A stretch of DNA of 64,000 nucleotides, taken from contig OZ025648.1 of assembly GCA_964019335.1 (NCBI GenBank), positions 1,116,001 to 1,180,000 on the forward strand, in the 5' to 3' direction. The stretch's first letter is position 1. Every line of letters begins with the position of its first letter. The notes below the pieces were generated by a model that was given only the letters and a program-made list of their open reading frames with translations, made no database searches and was not told the origin of the DNA. This DNA is from Diplonema japonicum (Eukaryota > Protista > Euglenozoa: Diplonemea). The translations under genes and the position numbers were made by a program. Below, piece by piece: positions 45,301 through 53,949 of this stretch.

Positions 45301-46951
45301 CCGACTGGCCATCCTACGTCAAAATGGTGTTGAGTGCTGCAATTTGCTGTACGGCGACTACGAGTACCACAGGGAGAGGTTAGAGCTGACGGAGATTGTG
45401 GAATGGATGGCTCTCATGCAAGCGGGTAATTTTATGTTGCAGTTCGAAGAAGAGAAGGCAAACAGGCTAATAATCACGCACTCGGAGAGCAGGTGCAGAG
45501 ATCTCATGATGAAGGATCACACGCTGGGGGTGCTAAAACTGGACGGCGCCGGCTTTTCTGATCCGTCTTACGGCAGCGACTGGAAGGTGGAGCTGGAAGG
45601 TTTACGGCGTGAAGTAATCCAGAGTGCTGAGCAATCTGAGCGTGCTGGGTTATATAAGGGACTTCTTGAGGCTATGGAACTGACGTGCAGGGCTTCCTAT
45701 GAGTCGCAATGCCAACGGTGGTTTGCCGCTGTTCTTGGAAGGGGTAATCCTATTGTCGTCCAGTACGAATGTGACCGCATTCAAACAAAGATATGGAAGG
45801 AAGAGGCTGTCGCAAGATCTGAGCTGGTCGTGTACCGCATGAAGTCGGCCGAGAAGGCTCAGAGAAAGCAGCTGCTGAAGACATGCGAGCAAGGCTACCA
45901 CTTCCTCGGCGTATGGCATGTCATGATATGCAAAGAAATGAAACAGAGGCAGAAGCTAGTCAATGACCACTCAATTTGGTACTTCACATTACGGTCTAGC
46001 ACACCAAGCCTCACCACTTCACCTGCCGAAAAAATGCTTCGAAAGAAGATTGAAATGTGTGAGTACTTCTGCAGATGCCACATCAAGGACAGGCTTGTCA
46101 AAGAGTTTCGAGAGATGGAGGACATGCACCGCCTGATGGGGTATTGGCAGTCTAATATGAAAGCCATGAGTAAGATACGAAGCGACTACGTTTTGCTTCA
46201 AACAGAACGAAAACAAGTCAGGGAGCAGTTGGCACAACGCAAGCCGATTATAAGAAAGGCGTACGACCCCGAACTGCTGATAGTCAGGAAGACACCTCTC
46301 CCCCCTGTACCGCCGGTTGCCACGGAACTGTACGAAAAAAGTAACGAGATACATGTTCGAAAACAGCCGGCCGAATTATGTAAATGGTGCAAAGCAGAGC
46401 TTTCAGGGAGATATTGTATGTCATGCGGGAGGGACAGCAGTGCCAGTGTCAGTGCAAGAGCGCTCCCCGACCACGTATCTGTTTCGCCCCCACGTTCTGT
46501 GAGCAAGCAGACAGCACTGGTAGAAGCTCAAGCATTGCTGAAGTCAATGATGGAAACAGCCAAGGGCAAAGTGGGAGGCACTTTGTCACCAGAGCCCCCT
46601 ACAGGGCGTGTCACGGTCAGCACAGGGACAATGGCACGCCCTTCCCCCACGTACGACACACGCAAGATACCAGACCCCTTCTCTTCTACCCCCCCTCCTT
46701 CTTCGGGGCGCAGGAAGCCTTCTGTTGCATCAGCACCGGACTCCTCCCTGCCTCCTTCTCTTGTAAACGCAGCCAGTAATTTCAACACTTCTCTCCTCCA
46801 CTTGCAGCACATGACAGGCAAACCTCCGGCACCGCGACCCACTCCCCCACCGCCCCCACCAAAGCAAGCGAAGCAAGTAGTTAACGATCCTCCGTCGACT
46901 GTTACTGCGCCTCTCAAAACCTTCTCTTTCGTGGACATCTACAATGCATAG
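42368..46951 (+). CDS. Divergent myosin-like protein (degenerate motor, IQ-like motifs, helical tail, zinc ribbon, Pro-rich end)
   Basis: SH3-like N-terminus; ELSCLSALH..LKKRYE; LLETF; RDALCDALYEGVVQWII; LCHN; GYPV; IGHTKVLL; IQTFAR and IQKFGR. Confidence 0.8.
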   Translation: MLGTTVYYRDQVKGWVVGRVDEVIEGGRQVMCCEPDGVAVKVRGEDVAVARTESLGEVPNELSCLSALHPATFVLALKKRYESGVVGTMVGRNVLLYLTPTHNSTLESIVASDSKKADYYNPSTLYPPNYTEPDNQPLQDQVNEGLFEPIGWWTHAKSTYETCMTTGRGTLVCLGEGEGLAWLHRLSAYKIRRQEDTAAVAAIRLGSTTANLPPHEDEFHDDLNYNTGFPALQSPSQRAELCLARQGNGRWLERDKVPATREHLRLTTLLADAHALLETFLGAGGGRRGTSRTDAELEAPYTHPPAPLYCRHVKMSYDSAGVLQGFFLKAYWTSRSETKGPPHAFRLLANSKGRTMYLGPHDHPTWYSPVQFVASGEAFKELQTLFTKLSFKPQDLEAMWGVVGAVMLMKLIKFEEVAGKAEMFTECLDQVAQLIAVSPQVLRYTLCPPRKLSRKAAEMKRDALCDALYEGVVQWIIANMNMRSNAAHVVDAPYIASVINIPGIAKPPPGSLGTLGDLCHNINVDALWGLYDTTVFDTTMQTATAEKCPLDPLLDQLRGRPVLERLNPLLQTLSHLDMNGPSGVSEEKECSHASGESIKYELIAVPAPPLNELYKNGVLGTATGDFVEMLLKRCKKGSMAAEAISVMSELLTVSKAETLSANWLLSINPADTQPSITTNLHSRPLTPFSGILVENGLYSCRIVETALLGKVGYPVYLPLQYFASLCKPIIYPSQLKAIGIMRSVKLIAETVFSSKGMAWEKMMELPPLPVTPAPMHIGHTKVLLTTAAMGRIESIRRFTMNKLAVLIQTFARATLPVRIWKINHNARTIQKFGRIRISRGFAAELLAVRSMKVIAAEMVSLESRRRTWRSIHGVATSRLTYAALKNLLASQARDQELFVEKALKAQYEYGLQESEKLQHQLLKERAQLHQAMQKTECQSVVSDESTLRQFLVSNEITARQVIRQALIPLSFQASECTARLAILRQNGVECCNLLYGDYEYHRERLELTEIVEWMALMQAGNFMLQFEEEKANRLIITHSESRCRDLMMKDHTLGVLKLDGAGFSDPSYGSDWKVELEGLRREVIQSAEQSERAGLYKGLLEAMELTCRASYESQCQRWFAAVLGRGNPIVVQYECDRIQTKIWKEEAVARSELVVYRMKSAEKAQRKQLLKTCEQGYHFLGVWHVMICKEMKQRQKLVNDHSIWYFTLRSSTPSLTTSPAEKMLRKKIEMCEYFCRCHIKDRLVKEFREMEDMHRLMGYWQSNMKAMSKIRSDYVLLQTERKQVREQLAQRKPIIRKAYDPELLIVRKTPLPPVPPVATELYEKSNEIHVRKQPAELCKWCKAELSGRYCMSCGRDSSASVSARALPDHVSVSPPRSVSKQTALVEAQALLKSMMETAKGKVGGTLSPEPPTGRVTVSTGTMARPSPTYDTRKIPDPFSSTPPPSSGRRKPSVASAPDSSLPPSLVNAASNFNTSLLHLQHMTGKPPAPRPTPPPPPPKQAKQVVNDPPSTVTAPLKTFSFVDIYNA

Positions 46952-47036
46952 ATGCTTAGATTTAGAGTATTCTAGACTACCTTTTTCTTTTCAAATTTTA
47001 CTTAGTTCTTCCTAGCATAAGTCATTCCAGAAACCC

Positions 47037-47762
47037 ATGAGCTATGAGGGGTTATTGGCGGCCTTAGGTGCGAGTCCTATGACAAGGACACAAGCCAAGT
47101 ACAAGGTGGGCGAGGTTAAAGAAGGCAAAGGAAGAAAGGGCGATGATGAAAGGGGGAATGAAAGCTCCTTAACGGCGTTTAGAAAGGCGACATTACCGAA
47201 GGTGGCGGTGAGTTGCCAACCGAGGGTAGCGAAGAAATGGCTGATAGACATGAAACATCAAGAGCTGGGGGGGATTGACGGGAGTGTGCACGGGAGTGAG
47301 CGGGTGCTTGGGTGCATCCCTCAAGAGGTGCTGAATGCTGTGTCAAGTAGTGCTGGTGGTGACATGGAAGTGAAGAAACAACAATGGTTGAACACAAGAC
47401 GAAACCAGGCACTCCCTCCTCCCGTTGTTAGCACTCATTCCCAAGTGTCCGCGCAATTTCCCGTTCACAGCCCCACCTCCAAGTCATTAGTACGCATAAA
47501 GCGCAAAGTCACGTCTGCTATCCTTCTCAGTCAAGACATTGATTCTGTCCTTCTCCAGTATACGCGATTCGCAGAGCGGTTCAAAACGCTTTCGCAACGT
47601 GACCAGCAAGCATGGCGCGTCCACTGGAACACACAACACCCGCAGTTGCGCTCCTGCCTCGACAGGTACATTGCTTTAGGGCTTTTAAACGAAGGTGTCC
47701 AGAAGTGCGAATATTCTGCTCTCTTCCAAAAGGGTGTCTTCTTGAATAGTAATGTTGGGTAG
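47037..47762 (+). CDS. Hypothetical protein (241 aa)
   Basis: ORF in the + strand gene series with coding-like composition. Confidence 0.6.
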   Translation: MSYEGLLAALGASPMTRTQAKYKVGEVKEGKGRKGDDERGNESSLTAFRKATLPKVAVSCQPRVAKKWLIDMKHQELGGIDGSVHGSERVLGCIPQEVLNAVSSSAGGDMEVKKQQWLNTRRNQALPPPVVSTHSQVSAQFPVHSPTSKSLVRIKRKVTSAILLSQDIDSVLLQYTRFAERFKTLSQRDQQAWRVHWNTQHPQLRSCLDRYIALGLLNEGVQKCEYSALFQKGVFLNSNVG

Positions 47763-47868
47763 CACCCGTCGAGCTTACGTTCCTTGCATCTTGGTTTCCA
47801 CCAGGCCCTGCACAATAGTTCATGTTCTTGTTTTACCCTACTGCTATTTATGCCGTCGTAGGAGTATA

Positions 47869-48651
47869 ATGCCGCAGTGTCCGCACTGCGACTACTATGT
47901 GTTGGAAGGCGATGTGCTCGATGGGCATCTGACGATCTACCACCCGACAACGGTGGAGGCAAGCCTGGCCGCGACTAGAGTGGTGGAGGCTGCCAAGAGA
48001 GCGAAGAGGGGGCAGAGTGATGTTGTGCTGCACCAATCTGAGGTAGGTTCAGTACCAGCTCCCGTAGTGTCACCAAGGAGAAACGCAGGAGCAACGCGTC
48101 ATGCAAGGGACATTCAGGGACAGGCGGGGCACAAGGCGAGGTTTGCGGAGATAATGCAGAGGCAGGAGGCGGAAATGGCGGTCCATAGAAGCGCTCATGA
48201 GGAATTGCAGAGGATAATGGCGAAGCAATCTGAGGAAGCACGAAGGAGTAATGTACAGAAAGAGATGGATGATCTGGAAAAACAAAGCGACTGGCTAGCT
48301 ACAATTCAAGCACAGAACGCCAAGCGGTCGCAACGGTTGGATATTGAGAAAGCTCTCAACACGCGTCGTGCTATCGAAGACTCCCTTGCGTTGCAGGCAT
48401 CACGTGACCGCCGCGATAAGGAGCACAGTCTCATTCAGGACCGCATCTCTTGTGACATCGAGCCTGCGATACGATCACTGTTCTCTCAGGCACGCGGGCC
48501 ACCGCCACGTCTTCACTCTATGCCATCTCCCATGCCACGCAGACTCTCCCCAACCCGTTTGCCCACACCCCAGCTCTCCGGTACAACAGTCGCCCCTTTA
48601 ATGCCTGCCCCCTCGACACCCCCACCCATCCCTAGAGTGGGCATGATTTAG
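47869..48651 (+). CDS. Hypothetical protein: N-terminal C2H2-like finger, coiled coil, Pro-rich tail
   Basis: CPHC-x12-H-x4-H at the N-terminus. Confidence 0.7.
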   Translation: MPQCPHCDYYVLEGDVLDGHLTIYHPTTVEASLAATRVVEAAKRAKRGQSDVVLHQSEVGSVPAPVVSPRRNAGATRHARDIQGQAGHKARFAEIMQRQEAEMAVHRSAHEELQRIMAKQSEEARRSNVQKEMDDLEKQSDWLATIQAQNAKRSQRLDIEKALNTRRAIEDSLALQASRDRRDKEHSLIQDRISCDIEPAIRSLFSQARGPPPRLHSMPSPMPRRLSPTRLPTPQLSGTTVAPLMPAPSTPPPIPRVGMI

Positions 48652-48735
48652 CCCCCATAAGCATTTTGTTGTACTTTGTTTAATAGAATTCTTTCTTCAG
48701 CATTTGTTATCTCTCCAGGGCGGGGTAGTTACAGA

Positions 48736-51398
48736 ATGGATGTCGATGACTTGACAGCCTACAAGGAAGCGCAGCGAGTAGCGGATGATTTGAAGGCACT
48801 GTTGGCGGAGGAGGTTTTTAATGACTTTAAGGTGGCGGTGAAGTCATCTTCTCAAGTAAGTATGCGGCTCGTTACCATAGAGGGCATTCTGCTGGCTTTG
48901 GGGGAAGAGGAGGTGCTAGAGATCCCTGTAGGCATGGTCCTTAAACCCGACTATCCAGTCTCACCGCCCTACTGCAGGCTGATAATTCCGGAAGGCAGTA
49001 TTGTGTCTTCACAAAGCCCTGTTGTTAATGCGAACGCTGTTGTGGTAGCGGCAGCGGTGCCTTCCCTAGCTACTTGGGCATCCACGCCGGAGGACACCAG
49101 ATCACTTATAGATGTGTTTCTGTCCATTGCTTCTGAATGCGCAATACACACTCCCTTCGTTTCGGGTGCTTCTGAATCGGTACCCACATCGGACACAGCT
49201 GTACCTGAACAGAGGAGATCAGAAGCTGATGCACCTCACTCAGAGGTCGTGCAAGAGCCGGAGAATGTGCCTGTAGAAGCGAACGTGGGAACGGAACTTG
49301 AAGTGGAGCCCGTACTTGAGTCAGAACCTATGCTAGAGCCGACACTCGAGCTTGCCGAACTGGCTCCTGAAGCCGAACTCGAACCACAGCCCGAATTTGA
49401 ACAAGAAGATGTGATTGGGTCCAAATCAGAAGCAAAGCTTGAACATGTGCTGCCTAATCCAGTGCCTGAGCCCGTTTTTGAATCCGATTCAGAAGCAAAG
49501 ATTGAACATGTGCTGCCTAATCCAGTGCCTGAGCCTGTTTTTGAATTGGAACAGGAACCAGAGCCAGAGCTCAGCACAGCTGTTACACTAGAGGTGCCTG
49601 AAGCAGTCGAGCCTGCACCATTTCACACAGTACTTGATCCCATAACAGGAACGGAAGTGACACAAAGTACGGCAGATTGCCCTGAGTCAGTTCCACCTCA
49701 AGATTTCGACCTCGCCACTGTTACAATTGAGGAGCTAGAGGCTCTGGGCCCCACGTATGACCCGGCAGCTTGTGACCCCAAACCCGACAGTACACCAAGC
49801 CCACCGGAGCCTACATACCAGAGCTTCGAGATTGACGCGTTCACTGGAAAGCGTATTCCTGTGGCCGTAGAACCAACCTCTGTGGACGACCTTGCTGAGC
49901 TGGAGGCTTTGACGATACCTAAGCATGACGTAGGACCCCCAGACCCTGCACCCCACAGTACCGATGTTCTTGAATTGCAGGTACCTAGCTCTGACCTTGC
50001 TGCGAGCACAGCCAGTATAGACCCTCTTGCCTCGAGTGCAGGCCCTGAGGCCGCTCTTCTCGACCCGCATCCTGTTCTCTCCAATGAAATGGCTTCGCAT
50101 ATCCCGAACTCTAGCGTTTTAAGTGCTTTTGCAGAGTTTGACCAAGATGACACTTCCGCGCTAAAGCTTCCTGCCCCCGTTGGTCAAGGTCACAACATCT
50201 CCCCTCTTACGTTGCCCCCTGCTGATCCCACGGAGCATCATCTGAGGCCTGCCACCGTCGTTGCCAGCATTTCGAATGACGATATGACAGCCCTCATGGC
50301 CTCTGCTGCTGCAAGTCAAGAGGTGCCAGATGCAACACGGATGAATGGGATTGGTGCTGTACATGTTAGTGAAAGTCCAGATGTGGGGTCTGTTGCCCAG
50401 CCGATAGTGGAGCCGACTTCCCAGCCTGCACAGATGAAACCCACGCTTGTGCATTATGACCCATTTGGAAATAGAGGTGCCCCTTCTGGAGGACCGCCTG
50501 ACGCAGTGTGCATTGAAGGTAGCGTAAGCTTCTCCGACGTGTTCCCCGTCAATGAAGCAGATGCCGACCATAACGACGAAGAAATGAAAGGAAAGCTGAT
50601 CGATATGCTGGCTGAGAGAATGGGCAGGGACCTACAAGTATTCAAGCAAAGTGAGGAAGCCAGGATGAACAGTGTCGTATCGCGTAAGGAGGGCTGGACG
50701 ATGTCCATGGAGAACATCAAGCAGCTCACCACAGTGCTCGAGGAACGGAAGTCCTCTATTGTTGCTGCCTTACCTGATATAGAACAGGCCTTGAAGGATG
50801 CGAGGAATGCTGAGCGGCGAGCAGTAGAGTTCTTAAACGCACCTGGGCGCGTCTACTTGGACCTCATCGAGTCTGACATCCCACTGCATCAGCAGTGGCT
50901 GGAGGTGGACGCCCTGGACAAAGCGCTGGAGGACTGCATGCACGGGGTGGAGGAAGCATTGAAGCAAGGGGCTATCGACACCAATCAGTTCCACAAGTGC
51001 TGCTTGGAGATCGGGAGGAGGCTTTTTGAGACAAGAGCATTACAGAATAAGATAAATGCGAGAATACAGATGATGAAAGGGAATCAGGGTGGGGGCGGTG
51101 TAGCTCGTCTTGCCGCCCCTCCCCTCCCTAAAGCGCCCGTGGCAGTATCAGTCCCTGTACCTGTTGCGGCAATTCCCGATGCCAGTGTTGCTGGCATCGT
51201 ACCACAGTCCAGCTGCTCTCCGGAGCAGCAGCAGCAAGGCCTCGATACACTACTGGAAGAGTTCCCCGACGCCGACCCGATCTTCGTCAAAGATGTCTTT
51301 ACAAACACAGTATGACACAAACTGCTTCTATTATTACAAACACACAGGGTTACTCAATCAAGCAGAGCCGTGCCATGATGGCACAGCTTATGACATAA
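48736..51398 (+). CDS. VPS23: ESCRT-I Vps23/TSG101-like protein with C-terminal CUE-like domain (exons 48736-51309, 51348-51398)
   Basis: UEV-like IEG..IPV..L.PDYPVSPPYC; coiled coil; steadiness-box-like LHQQWLE...ALED...EALKQGAID..F.K...R.LF..RAL; CUE-like LLEEFPDADPIFVKDVF. Confidence 0.8.
49425..49546 (+). repeat. 63-nt coding tandem duplication (SEAK[L/I]EHVLPNPVPEPVFE x2)
   Basis: tcagaagcaaag.ttgaacatgtgctgcctaatccagtgcctgagcc.gtttttgaat occurs twice. Confidence 0.9.
51310..51347 (+). other. Spliceosomal intron, 38 nt, phase 0 (VPS23)
   Basis: GTATGA...CACACAG; removes a stop and completes the CUE third helix. Confidence 0.8.
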
Positions 51399-51609
51399 AT
51401 CGTAATACACAATCTCAATTAAGGGAGCTAAGGGATAGTTTGTGGTTTTGGCTGTTATGTGGGGACTGTACCTTTTTTTTTCCTTCTCTTTTTTGTGAAC
51501 GGCGCCCCCGCGAGATTTTTATCCAATTTTTCAATTTTATTACTTTTCTTTTCTTCAAATGCTGCTAACTTCTTGGCCCTTTCTTGATTACTTGCTTCCT
51601 TGCACCGGC

Positions 51610-52902
51610 ATGACCACACAGCAGGGGACAATGGTTATGAGTGAAGAGTACGTAGATGCCGATTCAATATCGCTTGAGCTGCAGTGTGCTGTATGTAGAC
51701 TGCCTTTTGTAGAGCCGCATTGTATGCCTTGCGGGCACACCTTCTGTATGCGGTGCCTGGAAAGGGTAAAAAGCGGTGAAGAGATATCGTGTCCAGTGTG
51801 CAAGGACAAGCACAAGTGGTGCGACGTCAGGAAGAGTGACCGGGCCCTCTATGGCCTGCTTGACAACCTTGTTGTGAGGTGTCCCAATGCAGAGTATGGT
51901 TGCACGTTGTGCGTTCCTAGGGGGGAGGTCGCTACACATGTACAGAAGTATTGCGAAATGGCCATAATCGACTGCCCTATCAAGGGATGCTTGCACCAGT
52001 GCTGCAGACAGGACCTTAACACACACATGGCAAGCTGCCCGTTCAGAGTTAAGACCTGCGAAGCATGCGGTAAGCAAATGCCCTACCTCCACCTGCAAAC
52101 CCACATCCCTTCGTGTGGAGGCAAAGAGCTGCGGGCATGCCCACACTGCGACGGAACAGAATTCGGTGCTGGCGTCAGCGTTAGGGACCATTTGTCCAAG
52201 TGTGAGGAACAGCTAGCGTCGTGTGTGCATAAAAATATTGGTTGTGAGAAGAAGCTGAAGAAAGGTGACATGGCCGAACATCTGGAGAGGTGCCCCTTTG
52301 AGTCGATGAAGGGAGTGCTCAAGAAAATGACATGCCGGTTGGAAGAACAAGACAGGGAGATAAAATTGCTGAAAACCATGTTGGAGAGCTCGAAGCCCCG
52401 CAATGGAAGCCCGTCGGTGTCGCCGTCGCCGCCGTTGCAGATCACACCTGACATGAACGTAGGGGACAAGGTGGGCACACTTGTTGAATTCCAGTGGTTC
52501 ATCCAAGTCCTGAAGAAGCCGAGGGGGTCGCTCATATCGCCGAACTTCAGCTTTGCGGACTTAGAGTGGCAGCTGTCGATTGACGGGTCGGACAACGGCA
52601 TCTACCTAGCGGCCAACGGTCGTGGCGTCACAGCAACGTACATGATCTCAGTGGCAGAGGGGGACCTGAATCAGACGCAGAAACGGAACTGGGTCAGCCA
52701 CGGTTGCCAGGAGTTCGGGGTTACAAAGTGGGGCTGCCCTGGCATCATGTACTGTTACTATGAAAAGGGCATTGTTGTGACGGCCGCCTTCACTCATGTC
52801 ATTTCCCCCATTAATATAGTGTCACAAGACAACAGCTGGGTCGTTGGTGTCGACTCGCATCACGGCACTGCTTCCAGCTACCCCCCCGCCGTGCGAACAT
52901 AA
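51610..52902 (+). CDS. TRAF-like E3 ligase (RING, TRAF zinc fingers, coiled coil, MATH-like)
   Basis: CAVC..CGHTFC..CPVC RING; LVVRCPN..GC..H..C repeated fingers; FQWFI...SPNF...WQL...IYL...WG MATH-like segment. Confidence 0.85.
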   Translation: MTTQQGTMVMSEEYVDADSISLELQCAVCRLPFVEPHCMPCGHTFCMRCLERVKSGEEISCPVCKDKHKWCDVRKSDRALYGLLDNLVVRCPNAEYGCTLCVPRGEVATHVQKYCEMAIIDCPIKGCLHQCCRQDLNTHMASCPFRVKTCEACGKQMPYLHLQTHIPSCGGKELRACPHCDGTEFGAGVSVRDHLSKCEEQLASCVHKNIGCEKKLKKGDMAEHLERCPFESMKGVLKKMTCRLEEQDREIKLLKTMLESSKPRNGSPSVSPSPPLQITPDMNVGDKVGTLVEFQWFIQVLKKPRGSLISPNFSFADLEWQLSIDGSDNGIYLAANGRGVTATYMISVAEGDLNQTQKRNWVSHGCQEFGVTKWGCPGIMYCYYEKGIVVTAAFTHVISPINIVSQDNSWVVGVDSHHGTASSYPPAVRT

Positions 52903-53097
52903 CATTACACAGTTTGTCCCCAAAGTGTTTACACGTCTAACGTTTGTGGGTTTCTTTTTCTCTATTTCTTCTTCTTCTTTTTTTTAAAAGTCTATCCCTC
53001 ATGGTTCCTTTTTTTTTTTGTCTTCCATTTGCCTCTACACGTAACTTACATATTCCACGTAAATGCACCGCCGGCATCTTTTACCACAGGTGACAAC

Positions 53098-53799
53098 ATG
53101 AAGTCCACGGAGAAGAAGAAGAAGGTAAAGAAGAAGCCCTTTGGGTACGACATGGTGATGTCAGCGACGCCGTCGTTCCTTGTTCTGACGCTGGGGATAA
53201 TGGGATTTGTGTTTTACTGGCAAAACATGCAGCTGGAGAACATGCTTGGGGGGGAGGTGGGGCTTGTGGTGCGAAGAGTAATTGATGGCGACCAGTTCCT
53301 GGCCAACACTGATGATGGGTATCTTGTGAAGGTGAGGCTGCGGGCCGTAGATGCTCCCGAGCTGGACCAGCCTTTCGGGAAGCAGGCGGCAGCTGGCCTT
53401 ACAGAGATGCTCACAAAGCCGCACACGGATGTCATCGCCTTCTTCTACGAGCGTGATCATGAAGGACGCTACATCGCTGATGTTTTCACGCAGACAAGCG
53501 TCTGGGCGGAGTTCACCTACATCCAGTCTGCCCTCATCAAGGAGGGTCTGGCATGGCATTTTGGCACCTTCGACAAAAGAGTGAAGCTGAAGGAGCTCAT
53601 GGCAAACGCGTCGAACGCCAAGATAGGTCTTTGGCAGGACGAAGACCCCTTGCCACCGTGGAGGCATAGGAAGACGAAGGAACGCGAGGCTGAGGTATGG
53701 TCGAACGAGAATGGGTTTGCGAAAAAAGAACCCCCCCACACAGCTAGCAAGGCAGCAAGGAAGAAAAAACCGAAGAGAAAGGGAAAGGGAAAGGGATAG
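53098..53799 (+). CDS. Membrane-anchored thermonuclease (SNase/LCL3-like)
   Basis: N-terminal TM; RVIDGD, VRLRAVDAPELDQPFG, D..GR, EGLAWH, KIGLW..P.PPW. Confidence 0.9.
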   Translation: MKSTEKKKKVKKKPFGYDMVMSATPSFLVLTLGIMGFVFYWQNMQLENMLGGEVGLVVRRVIDGDQFLANTDDGYLVKVRLRAVDAPELDQPFGKQAAAGLTEMLTKPHTDVIAFFYERDHEGRYIADVFTQTSVWAEFTYIQSALIKEGLAWHFGTFDKRVKLKELMANASNAKIGLWQDEDPLPPWRHRKTKEREAEVWSNENGFAKKEPPHTASKAARKKKPKRKGKGKG

Positions 53800-53897
53800 G
53801 ATACCCGATAGGAGACGGTCGTCCAGGACCTCAAGACTTTAAAAGAATGTTAGACATAACACAATTTAATCTATTTGCACTGTTGACGTACTTCCTC

Positions 53898-53901
<4 letters not shown>

Positions 53902-53936
<35 letters not shown>
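53902..53936. repeat. (AC)n microsatellite ending in AG just upstream of the ATG at 53950
   Basis: Direct reading of the sequence. Confidence 0.9.
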
Positions 53937-53937
<1 letters not shown>

Positions 53938-53949
53938 CTGATACAAAAC

